Of a DNA stretch of 64,000 bases, positions 51,890-59,733 are shown piece after piece (positions within the stretch are counted from its first letter, which is position 1; every line of letters starts with the position of its first letter). The stretch spans positions 3,901 through 67,900 of the forward strand of contig CBIHOZ010000009.1 of the NCBI GenBank assembly GCA_966211525.1, given 5' to 3'. This DNA is from an uncultured Chitinophaga sp. GTDB lineage: Bacteria > Bacteroidota > Bacteroidia > Cytophagales > Cyclobacteriaceae. Both the position numbers and the translations under genes were made by a program. The notes beneath the pieces were generated by a model that did no database searches, had not been told where the DNA came from, and saw only the letters and a list, made by a program, of their open reading frames with translations.

Positions 51890-52066
51890 ATGAGAAAAGA
51901 GATTGTGACTGATTCAACTCCAAAACCAGATGAGTCCTCAAAAGAGGATATCATTGAAAGACTGATAATAATTGAGAAAATAAAGAAAGGCCGGCAGCAA
52001 ATAAAAGAAGGTAATGTTAATACTGAAGACCAGGCAAGGGTAAAGCTAGATAAATGGTTACGTTGA
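51890..52066 (+). CDS. Small putative antitoxin, orphan
   Basis: MRKEIV...EDIIERLIIIEKIKKGRQQIKEG...KLDKW; same family pattern as 44653-44826 (LI..EK...G..Q...G). Start placed at ATG 51890. Confidence 0.55.
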   Translation: MRKEIVTDSTPKPDESSKEDIIERLIIIEKIKKGRQQIKEGNVNTEDQARVKLDKWLR

Positions 52067-52097
52067 TTTTCCTTCTAACACAGTGGCATCAAATTTT

Positions 52098-52565
52098 GTG
52101 AAACACATCTCCTATCTATACTTACTTATACTGGTAAGCTGTACCACGACCACATCATCTCTTCAAGAAGAAGAGAAAAAACTTGTCGGAAACTGGAAGG
52201 AGCCAGTAGATAATGGAGCGATACAAGGGTCGTATATGGAGTTCCATGAAGACCGCACTGGTGTTTTCGGACCAATCATTAATGTTAAGGGCAAAGTCGG
52301 AATTGCACCCTACTTGTCGTTCCTAATGAAAGACTGGCGAATACAAAACGACACACTTTCTATTCAATTCGAAATGCAGCCGGGTTACGCGGTCTATAGC
52401 CCCGATGGAAAGAAAATCAGAAAAAACGATAAGCCCAGTTATGTCCGCTATATTGTTTGGGAGGTGTCCGACACAGTGATTGTCCTGGAAGATCTCGTTA
52501 GTGAATTTCCAGGCATAAAGGAACGTCTGAAAAAGTCGGAGAAAATGGAACTTTTGAATGAGTAA
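52098..52565 (+). CDS. Lipoprotein (lipocalin-like candidate)
   Basis: Lipobox ILVSC; LVGNWKE motif; GTG start at 52098 (52083 also possible). Confidence 0.65.
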   Translation: MKHISYLYLLILVSCTTTTSSLQEEEKKLVGNWKEPVDNGAIQGSYMEFHEDRTGVFGPIINVKGKVGIAPYLSFLMKDWRIQNDTLSIQFEMQPGYAVYSPDGKKIRKNDKPSYVRYIVWEVSDTVIVLEDLVSEFPGIKERLKKSEKMELLNE

Positions 52566-52572
52566 ATTGCAT

Positions 52573-52589
52573 CTCCATCAGAGTTACCG
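52573..52589 (+). repeat. Type-B hairpin, left arm only
   Basis: CTCCATCAGAGTTACCG, 7 nt after the stop. Confidence 0.65.
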
Positions 52590-52670
52590 TCCGCTATATT
52601 TTAACTTGTTCCGTATGCAAACCCATATATATACTAATGATATTTCTATATTAGGGCAAGCCCGCAGGCA

Positions 52671-53189
52671 ATGAACAACATCAGAAAAGTACTTAGAGCA
52701 AAGCACTGGCAAATTTTTTCAATTTTGATGGGTATCTCATTTATTCAGGGATCGAGTCAAGGGTCCAGTAGTGGGATAAGCACCATCTTCTATATTCTGT
52801 ACATCGTTATTTATATTGGCTGGCTTTTAGTGCTAGGCATGGGATTAAAATCCATGCGACTGAATGTCGCGATGAATTATGCGCTCTTTTTAGCAACAGG
52901 GATTGCGCTTATTACGGTGGTCGTTTCTGTTAAAATTTTAGAAACAATGGGGTTGCTGAACAACTTCGAAAATGATGCAATAGCAATACCAATGCTGGTA
53001 CTCATACTTACTTCGTTAATCATAGTTTGCAGTTTCATTGCAAAGAACTTAAAAATAAATGAAAAGGGAGAGGACATTGATATTAATGATTACTTCGGAG
53101 ACATTCTCCGCTTGATATTCTGGCCTATAGGTATATGGAGTATTCAGCCTCGCATAAATAGATTAGCGGCCAAGTTGATCAGTCACTAA
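52671..53189 (+). CDS. Four-TM membrane protein
   Basis: Hydrophobic segments; C-terminal FWPIGIWSIQPRIN. Confidence 0.75.
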   Translation: MNNIRKVLRAKHWQIFSILMGISFIQGSSQGSSSGISTIFYILYIVIYIGWLLVLGMGLKSMRLNVAMNYALFLATGIALITVVVSVKILETMGLLNNFENDAIAIPMLVLILTSLIIVCSFIAKNLKINEKGEDIDINDYFGDILRLIFWPIGIWSIQPRINRLAAKLISH

Positions 53190-53221
53190 CTGGGCTATAA
53201 TGCATCATTTGCCTTTGCTAC

Positions 53222-53246
53222 CCTATCAGAGTCACCGATCCTCTGA
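53222..53246 (+). repeat. Type-B hairpin, internally deleted
   Basis: CCTATCAGAGTCACCGATCCTCTGA. Confidence 0.65.
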
Positions 53247-53315
53247 ATTGAAATAAGAAGGACTTATAGAATGGAGTATAGCAAAAATCACATTTAAAGC
53301 GAAACAATTTTAACT

Positions 53316-53489
53316 ATGAAACAATCAATACTCTATATTGTGCTTGGCGCCTTAATCATCATTGGTGGATTGCGTCAAAATGAACACAGATTAATTCCAG
53401 AGTTTCTGTACTATATATTCGGGGGTATATCACTGATCTTTGGAATATATAAATTATTAACTAACGAGCCTGACGACAAGCAGCAATAA
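53316..53489 (+). CDS. 57-aa two-TM membrane protein (not in ORF track)
   Basis: Hand translation MKQSILYIVLGALIIIGGLRQNEHRLIPEFLYYIFGGISLIFGIYKLLTNEPDDKQQ; the TAA stop overlaps the next repeat. Confidence 0.6.
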   Translation: MKQSILYIVLGALIIIGGLRQNEHRLIPEFLYYIFGGISLIFGIYKLLTNEPDDKQQ

Positions 53490-53595
53490 GTCTCCGAAGA
53501 GTCTTCCGCCTCGGGGACTCTAGCAGAAGCACACACTTAGCAACAGGCAGCTTTTCAAAAAACGTATAGTCCCGAAACGGAGACTATGCTTCGAC
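53488..53595 (+). repeat. Type-A element, full copy
   Basis: One substitution in each hairpin relative to the other copies. Confidence 0.95.
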
Positions 53596-53665
53596 TTTAG
53601 CAACATTCCGTGTAATAGGCGACCTACATCGTTATACACAAAAAAACATTTTAGACTTCTGAACC

Positions 53666-54127
53666 TTGACAACAATACATCTCGTAACCGAAATAGAAGC
53701 CGATATATATACCTGTTTTGACGCAGCGCGTGATATTGACATTCACAAGCTCTCAACAAAACAAACAAACGAAATTGCCATTGCCGGTCGCACAAGCGGG
53801 CTTTGCGAATTAGGTGACATGATAACATGGGAAGCAACACACTTCGGAATAAGACAACAATTAACCGTTGAGATTACCAAGTTCAACCGACCTTACTTCT
53901 TTGAAGATAAAATGCTGAAAGGCGCCTTTAAAAGTATGCAGCACAAACATTACTTCGAAGAGAAAGACGGCAAAACCATAATGATCGATAAATTCGAATA
54001 TGAAGTTCCGTATAGTATAGCAGGTAAAATCTTCAATACTATAATTTTAAAGCGCTACATGACTTCGTTTCTCGTAACCCGAAATCAGTTTATCAAATCC
54101 GTTGTAGAAGCGAAACGAGCACATTGA
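53666..54127 (+). CDS. SRPBCC family protein
   Basis: FDAARDIDIH, WEATHFGIRQ, GAFKSMQHKHYF; TTG start. Confidence 0.8.
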   Translation: MTTIHLVTEIEADIYTCFDAARDIDIHKLSTKQTNEIAIAGRTSGLCELGDMITWEATHFGIRQQLTVEITKFNRPYFFEDKMLKGAFKSMQHKHYFEEKDGKTIMIDKFEYEVPYSIAGKIFNTIILKRYMTSFLVTRNQFIKSVVEAKRAH

Positions 54128-54131
54128 TGCT

Positions 54132-54173
54132 TAATAGCAAAAATCACTATCTTGATAAGATATAGTTCATAAC
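54132..54173 (+). repeat. Type-C repeat, copy 2
   Basis: TAATAGCAAAAATCACTATCTTGATAAGATATAGTTCATAAC, 4 nt after the stop. Confidence 0.75.
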
Positions 54174-54182
54174 ACGTAACAA

Positions 54183-54596
54183 ATGAAAAGACCTCAAGAC
54201 TTCTTTACAATCTATAAGCAATCGGCATGGGATAAGGACACCGAAGGCATGATTGCATTGTACCATGACAGCGTTGTGATTTTTGACATGTGGACGAAAG
54301 GGTATCAAACAGGACTTACAGAATGGTCTAGCGTAATCAAAAATTGGTTAGGCTCATTAAGAGACGAAAGTGTAAATGTGATCTTTGAAATGATAGAACT
54401 TCACGAAGGTAACGATGCCGGGTTTGGAAGTGCTTTAATTACTTATCAAGCCATTTCAACGAACAACACAATTGTAAGAAGCATGAAAAACAGAATTACC
54501 GTAGGGTTTATCAAACAGAAAGATGAGTGGAGAGTAATTCATCAACACACATCTGCTCCTATCAACTCCAACCTTGAAGCTATTTTGAATATCTGA
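54183..54596 (+). CDS. SnoaL/NTF2-like (YybH-type) protein
   Basis: IALYHDSVVIFD, WRVIHQHTSAP. Confidence 0.8.
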   Translation: MKRPQDFFTIYKQSAWDKDTEGMIALYHDSVVIFDMWTKGYQTGLTEWSSVIKNWLGSLRDESVNVIFEMIELHEGNDAGFGSALITYQAISTNNTIVRSMKNRITVGFIKQKDEWRVIHQHTSAPINSNLEAILNI

Positions 54597-54600
54597 TATT

Positions 54601-54641
54601 TAGTAACAAAATCATTATCTTGAAAAAATATAGTCTATAAC
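54601..54641 (+). repeat. Type-C repeat, copy 3
   Basis: TAGTAACAAAATCATTATCTTGAAAAAATATAGTCTATAAC, 4 nt after the stop. Confidence 0.75.
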
Positions 54642-54692
54642 CTCAGCCACCCCAGCATAAAAATTTTTGACAGTTGGTTTAAAACAAAAGTT

Positions 54693-55256
54693 ATGAGAAA
54701 ACTAGTTGCATCAATCAACATGACGCTCGATGGGTTTTGTGATCACACATCTGCAATTGCCGATGACGAACTACATCAACACTATACCGACCTGTTATTT
54801 AACGCGGGCGACCTTCTGTACGGAAGAATAACATACCAGCTCATGGAAGACTACTGGCCAACGGTAGTTAAAAATCCCACCGGCAATAAACGCACGGACG
54901 ACTTCGCTGTGATCATAGAAAACATTCCCAAAACTGTTTTCTCCCGAACGCTGAGTAATGTAAAATGGAAAAATGTAAAACTTGCCAAGAGAAGTCTTGA
55001 AGAAGAAGTTTTAGAACTCAAGCAATCGAACGATCATGGAGGTAAAGACATTTTAGTGGGCAGTCCGAGTTTAATTGCAGCGCTGACAAAACTTAATCTG
55101 TTTGATGAATACCAACTCTGCGTTCACCCGATTATAGCGGGACAAGGTTTAACATTGTTTAAAAATATAACCGACAGCATGGTTCTTAAACTTGTAAAGA
55201 CAAAAACACTTGGTGGTGGCCAAATAGTACTTTACTATGAGCCAGTGAAAAAATGA
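54693..55256 (+). CDS. Dihydrofolate reductase family (RibD C-terminal-like) protein
   Basis: NMTLDGF, LYGRITYQLM, DEYQLCVHPIIAG.G. Confidence 0.88.
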   Translation: MRKLVASINMTLDGFCDHTSAIADDELHQHYTDLLFNAGDLLYGRITYQLMEDYWPTVVKNPTGNKRTDDFAVIIENIPKTVFSRTLSNVKWKNVKLAKRSLEEEVLELKQSNDHGGKDILVGSPSLIAALTKLNLFDEYQLCVHPIIAGQGLTLFKNITDSMVLKLVKTKTLGGGQIVLYYEPVKK

Positions 55257-55410
55257 TTAGTCTTCTTTTATTCTCATCGTAACATAAGCAAAGTATATTC
55301 TTCGATTTAAGAATTAGATTTATCGATCCTGCTACCAAACATCAGAATTCAGGAGACCGATGACTCTAATGGGGTATCTAGATATATACTCCTACTCAAA
55401 TGCAATTGAT

Positions 55411-56013
55411 ATGTATAAAAAAATCCCTATAGCGTTAATAACATTCCGACTAGTTATTGTTCCAGTAATTTTAGGGCTAACCTATTATCTCAGAGATGAA
55501 GCACGGTCAATAGTACTTGTCCTAATGTACCTGGGTTTGATATCCGACATACTTGATGGAATTGTTGCCAGACATTTGAATGTTTCGTCTCCAGCCTTGA
55601 GGCGTTTCGATAGTCAGACTGATATGTTATTCTGGCTGTCTATAGGAGTAAGCACCTGGCTACTACATCCAGATCTTATTGCGAATAATAATATAGCAGT
55701 AATTACAATTCTTGCCATGGAAGTGATCTGCTATATGGTGAGCCTGCTAAAATTTAAAAGGGAAACCTGCACACACGCATTTCTCTCAAAGCTCTGGGGA
55801 ATAACACTGCTTATCGCTTTTACTTCTTTGATTGGATTTGACTATGCAGGCCTCCCTTTTGCAATAGCGATTACTGTGGGATTAGTTGCGCACATTGACA
55901 GAATACTGATCACGCTGGTCCTCCCGGCATGGACACATGATATACCAAGTGCTTATCACGCTTATCTTATCAGGAAAGGGATTCCGTTTAAAAAGAATAA
56001 ATTATTCAATTAA
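55411..56013 (+). CDS. CDP-alcohol phosphatidyltransferase family protein
   Basis: SDILDGIVAR...RRFDSQTD motif; start placed at ATG 55411. Confidence 0.85.
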   Translation: MYKKIPIALITFRLVIVPVILGLTYYLRDEARSIVLVLMYLGLISDILDGIVARHLNVSSPALRRFDSQTDMLFWLSIGVSTWLLHPDLIANNNIAVITILAMEVICYMVSLLKFKRETCTHAFLSKLWGITLLIAFTSLIGFDYAGLPFAIAITVGLVAHIDRILITLVLPAWTHDIPSAYHAYLIRKGIPFKKNKLFN

Positions 56014-56034
56014 TATACATTATCAAACTATACA

Positions 56035-56445
56035 TCATTTTGTTGTAATAACAGCCTTTGTAAGTCTTCCCCAAGCCACAAAAGCAGCTATACCAATAAA
56101 CACTATATTTATTCCAATATGCGATGCTTCCCCACGAGCAACGTGAAAAACAATCGCACACACCATCAGTACACAAAGCACTATAGCAGCTATTGGTGTA
56201 AGCTTCGGTTTGATGCGAGATAAAGATGGAAGAATTAACCCCATCGCCCCCAGTATATCAACTACACCGGTAAATTTCACGAACGCCACCGGCACCTGTC
56301 CTGTCCATGGCCACATAGTAGATAACTTCACAATAGGTTCAAACAATTTTGTAAGGCCGGCCCAGAGTAACATGCTTGCCAAAAGAACTTGTAGTATCCA
56401 GAGCACAATATGAAGGGTTTTCGATTTCTTCGGTTCAGTTGTCAT
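56035..56445 (-). CDS. DoxX family membrane protein
   Basis: LWILQVLLA, GVVDILGAMGLILP, FHVARGE; start placed at ATG 56445. Confidence 0.82.
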   Translation of the reverse strand: MTTEPKKSKTLHIVLWILQVLLASMLLWAGLTKLFEPIVKLSTMWPWTGQVPVAFVKFTGVVDILGAMGLILPSLSRIKPKLTPIAAIVLCVLMVCAIVFHVARGEASHIGINIVFIGIAAFVAWGRLTKAVITTK

Positions 56446-56572
56446 CTCACTATATATTTTCTTCGTTTGATGAGGCAAACCTATCTATATTTACTTTCGA
56501 ATGTATAGTACTATCCCAGCGGATAGCACTATCCTGATGGATAGTAACGGAAATTAAAATCAAGGATTAGAA

Positions 56573-56911
56573 ATGCTGACAACAGGGAGATGCCCATCGA
56601 ATATGCTTTCCATACGGGATGCTTTGGAAGCGTTGGAAGGAAAGTGGAAGCTGCTTATATTATTTTCATTGTCATCGGGACCAAAGCGTTTCAAGCAGAT
56701 ATCAAAAGAAGTGAACGGCATCACCGACAAAATACTTTCAAAAGAGTTGAAAAGTCTGGAGACGAATAAACTTATAAAGCGCGAGGTATATGATACATTT
56801 CCTCCGACCGTAGAGTACTCCATTACTCCGCATGGTATGTCACTTGAAAAATTAATGGACGAGTTACATTATTGGGGGCTAGCGCATCGGAAAAAGATTA
56901 TGGGCAAGTAA
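56573..56911 (+). CDS. HxlR family winged-helix regulator
   Basis: LEGKWKLLI, ITDKILSKELK, PPTVEYSIT; divergent from doxX. Confidence 0.9.
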   Translation: MLTTGRCPSNMLSIRDALEALEGKWKLLILFSLSSGPKRFKQISKEVNGITDKILSKELKSLETNKLIKREVYDTFPPTVEYSITPHGMSLEKLMDELHYWGLAHRKKIMGK

Positions 56912-57070
56912 ATATAAAAATCGCGGCTTCGGCAGACCTGCACATCTTGGAAACGTGGCGTCCTTTAAACATTTTTGTGATCGGGTAAGTCCAAAGCTTT
57001 TAAAGATGTAACCATACCAAACGAATCTGTTACTCAACCACTTTATTATACATCCTCGTCTTCGCATTTC

Positions 57071-58012
57071 ATGAACCTCATTCAAGTGACTCTCTCTGTA
57101 TTTCTACTCCTTTCTTTAATCCAGCCAACGCAAGCACAAGACACCCGCTGCGAGTGTTGCTCAAACTCATCGTTAAAGCTCAGGGAAGATTACGAAGCTA
57201 TTTTTCCACGCCTTGTTATCAAGAAGAACGGTATCACAGAAGTGATGGTCTATACGAGTCCTTCTGATTCCACTCAGGCGTCTGGCACGCGCTATAAGGA
57301 ATTAAAATTCAAGTTCGATCAAAAAGGACAGGTTATAGCCAGAGTACACTATAATCAAAACGGAACGCCTCATTCAATCTATGAGTTTGAAAGAAATGGT
57401 TCCGGAAAAATATTCAGGCAAACCTTTAGCTATCTGGACAGCGTTGAACAGAAGTCAATAGAACCGGCTGCACCAGAGATCACCGACTATTTCTATAACC
57501 TGAAGGATAGACTTATCAAAACTAAAAAACGAAATACAAAAGGTCAGGTAATGCCTGACATTATGAGCGACTTCACAAAGTATGAATATGATAATACAGG
57601 CCGTACTACAAAAGTAACGTCACAATATTATTATGGTGAAAATGGACCGGCTACTTCATCGCGTGTTGTTATCTATACCTATAAAGACATCCACGGCCAG
57701 TCACAAACCTTTATTGACGGCAAGCTCTTTATTACAACAAAAACACAGTATACCAAAGGCTGGAAGCCGCTAACAGAAATAGGTTACGATGGTGACTCTA
57801 TAACTTTTGAAAGTAAATATGAGTACGACCAAAGTGGCAAGCCGACACGCTATGAAACAAAAAGCACAACTATAACCAGCGAATGTCCGCATAGAGGAAC
57901 CTACACAGATGTATATAGCTATAATGGTGACGGGTTGCTCAGTATTTTATCGCATAGCTATGAAGATAAGAAGTGTGTGATGGTGTTTGAGTATAAGAGT
58001 CCTTCGCTGTAG
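57071..58012 (+). CDS. Secreted protein with YD-like repeats
   Basis: Signal peptide; YEYDNTG, YEYDQSG, YSYNGDG repeats. Confidence 0.65.
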   Translation: MNLIQVTLSVFLLLSLIQPTQAQDTRCECCSNSSLKLREDYEAIFPRLVIKKNGITEVMVYTSPSDSTQASGTRYKELKFKFDQKGQVIARVHYNQNGTPHSIYEFERNGSGKIFRQTFSYLDSVEQKSIEPAAPEITDYFYNLKDRLIKTKKRNTKGQVMPDIMSDFTKYEYDNTGRTTKVTSQYYYGENGPATSSRVVIYTYKDIHGQSQTFIDGKLFITTKTQYTKGWKPLTEIGYDGDSITFESKYEYDQSGKPTRYETKSTTITSECPHRGTYTDVYSYNGDGLLSILSHSYEDKKCVMVFEYKSPSL

Positions 58013-58027
58013 AGTAAACGCAATTTC

Positions 58028-58345
58028 ATGAATTATCAGTCGGTTAACCTAAACATTCACTACAACGCAGGGAGTGAAATCTGGAATAAAATTTCTTCCA
58101 TATATGAACGAATGGACGGATGGCTAGGCTTTGGCAGGGGAGGGAATGAAGGCGAAGAAGGAATCCCTTATTGGTTTAGCTATAACGAGACAGAAAAACA
58201 TATCTCTGCATCAGTAGAGCCTGGCGGGCTTTCGTTTTCAGGACTAATGGAGGACGAGGAATGGGAACTCTGGATTGCCAAATTAAAATCTATCTCATCC
58301 GATATTCTCGGATTTAAAGTTGTCGATCCGGAGACTGGATCTTAA
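58028..58345 (+). CDS. Small acidic hypothetical protein (immunity-like)
   Basis: 105 aa, Trp-rich and acidic. Confidence 0.6.
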   Translation: MNYQSVNLNIHYNAGSEIWNKISSIYERMDGWLGFGRGGNEGEEGIPYWFSYNETEKHISASVEPGGLSFSGLMEDEEWELWIAKLKSISSDILGFKVVDPETGS

Positions 58346-58392
58346 GCTTAGCTACATTTAAATAGCTATATTCGTTCATTTTCCATTCATCC

Positions 58393-59109
58393 ATGCAGTC
58401 ACAAATAAAGTATATTCTAACGCTTGTAGCACTGGTATACAGCACCATTGCGAATTCGCAACGAGGCCATATTTATGTTTCCGAAGACAATAAAGGTTAT
58501 ACGGATAGTGAATTTCTAAAGCTTTGGTATGCCTCAGGTGAATTGGTGAATCTTGAAATTGTTAACCGAAAATCTGACAGTCTTTTCTTTAGACTAAAAC
58601 ACCATGATAACGCCAGTTACCTGAAAGATATATTAAAAGGCAGTAACTCCTGCGGTAGAAGGAAAAGTAAACCTGTCGATCAAATCAAGAAGGAACTATT
58701 GGCAGGCCAACTAGCTACTATAAAGCTTGTCTCGTTTAAATATCCCGACACCGTCTTTACCTTAAGCACTCCGAAAAAAGATGGTAAAGTTGACTTAGAT
58801 GCTATGTTCGAAGTGAAGACGCTGGGAAAGGATATAGAAGATATACTTCTTGATATTCTTGTTAACTACAGAAACATTAGTAAAATAGGGCAAGTCATAA
58901 TGTGTTATGAACCCAGAAATGCCATTCTTTTCGTAGATAAGACTGATAATATTTTAGGCTATATTGAAATATGCTTTGGTTGTCAGAAATATATAGCGAG
59001 TGAAAAAAGTCTGCAGGATTTAAGTTTCTGTGAGGATAAGTTCGAAGCACTTCGAAAAATATTTATGGCAGCAGGGATAAAGTATGGAATGAATTATCTT
59101 GAGTATTGA
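58393..59109 (+). CDS. Secreted hypothetical protein
   Basis: Signal peptide; C-terminal CYEPRNAILF...EICFGC. Confidence 0.7.
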   Translation: MQSQIKYILTLVALVYSTIANSQRGHIYVSEDNKGYTDSEFLKLWYASGELVNLEIVNRKSDSLFFRLKHHDNASYLKDILKGSNSCGRRKSKPVDQIKKELLAGQLATIKLVSFKYPDTVFTLSTPKKDGKVDLDAMFEVKTLGKDIEDILLDILVNYRNISKIGQVIMCYEPRNAILFVDKTDNILGYIEICFGCQKYIASEKSLQDLSFCEDKFEALRKIFMAAGIKYGMNYLEY

Positions 59110-59119
59110 AATAATCTCC

Positions 59120-59170
59120 CAACAGTCTGGAGACTGTTGCCAATGCTGGCACAAGTCGGAGACTTGCGCC
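59120..59170. repeat. REP-like hairpin doublet
   Basis: CAACAGTC-TGGA-GACTGTTG and GGCACAAGTC-GGA-GACTTGCGCC. Confidence 0.8.
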
Positions 59171-59195
59171 GGTTAATTTAACGACCTCCAGGTCA

Positions 59196-59495
59196 GTGAT
59201 AATACCAACAATGGAACAAAATAAAAAGGAGTTTGACATTATTACCAATCAACCGTATATGCTGCAACAAACAATTGATTGGTATAATAACATTTATAAA
59301 ACAGATTTTGAACTTGCCCGCTTTGTAAGGGATGAGATCAACTTTGCTACTATAGTATATGAAAAAGCTTCTGATTTTGATGTATTTCAATTAGGCGCTA
59401 ACTATGGAAGGCAATGTGAGGCTTTTGATAAGACATTCTCATCTTCTATACCACCGGATTATTTTAACGATAAAACAAAATATCCAAAACAATAA
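59196..59495 (+). CDS. Small hypothetical protein (immunity-like)
   Basis: About 95-99 aa, acidic; start uncertain (GTG 59196 or the later ATG). Confidence 0.55.
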   Translation: MIIPTMEQNKKEFDIITNQPYMLQQTIDWYNNIYKTDFELARFVRDEINFATIVYEKASDFDVFQLGANYGRQCEAFDKTFSSSIPPDYFNDKTKYPKQ

Positions 59496-59733
59496 TCAAC
59501 AGCATCCAATCTCTAAATCTTCCGCATAATCAATTACGGATTACTCTATTTGATCCAGGGTTTCCCGATATCCATAAAAGTATAGGTTTATGGAATAAAT
59601 ATATAGGAATTGTTGCTGACAAAAATTGAAATTACCACAGGAAGACTACATCAAATTTTATTTTGAAAGAGTAAAATTTATAGTCTGCTATTTCCCTATA
59701 TTCATGGTTTCAATAACCCTTGTATACCAGCCT

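Noticed and set aside
52053-52100. RelE/ParE toxin after the 51890 antitoxin-like gene
   Set aside because: The overlapping ATG frame stops after 15 codons with no toxin motif; at most a remnant.
47021-53595. CRISPR array
   Set aside because: The repeats are about 107 bp and separated by whole genes of 200-1700 bp rather than 30-40-nt spacers; no cas genes are present.
47464-53595. Type-A element as a simple MITE with AGTCTCCG/CGGAGACT terminal inverted repeats
   Set aside because: Conservation continues past the right 8-mer (ATGCTT(G/C)G(A/G)C), that 8-mer is part of a local hairpin, and no target duplication is visible.
47464-53595. Repeats as intrinsic terminators
   Set aside because: No U-rich tail directly follows either hairpin on either strand.
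47021-54641. Canonical integron attC sites
   Set aside because: No complementary RYYYAAC...GTTRRRY ends bound the repeats. Isolated CGTTAGTAGAC (about 47113) and CGTTATACAC (about 53630) resemble R' ends, but I found no matching R''. A covariance search is needed to exclude this fully.
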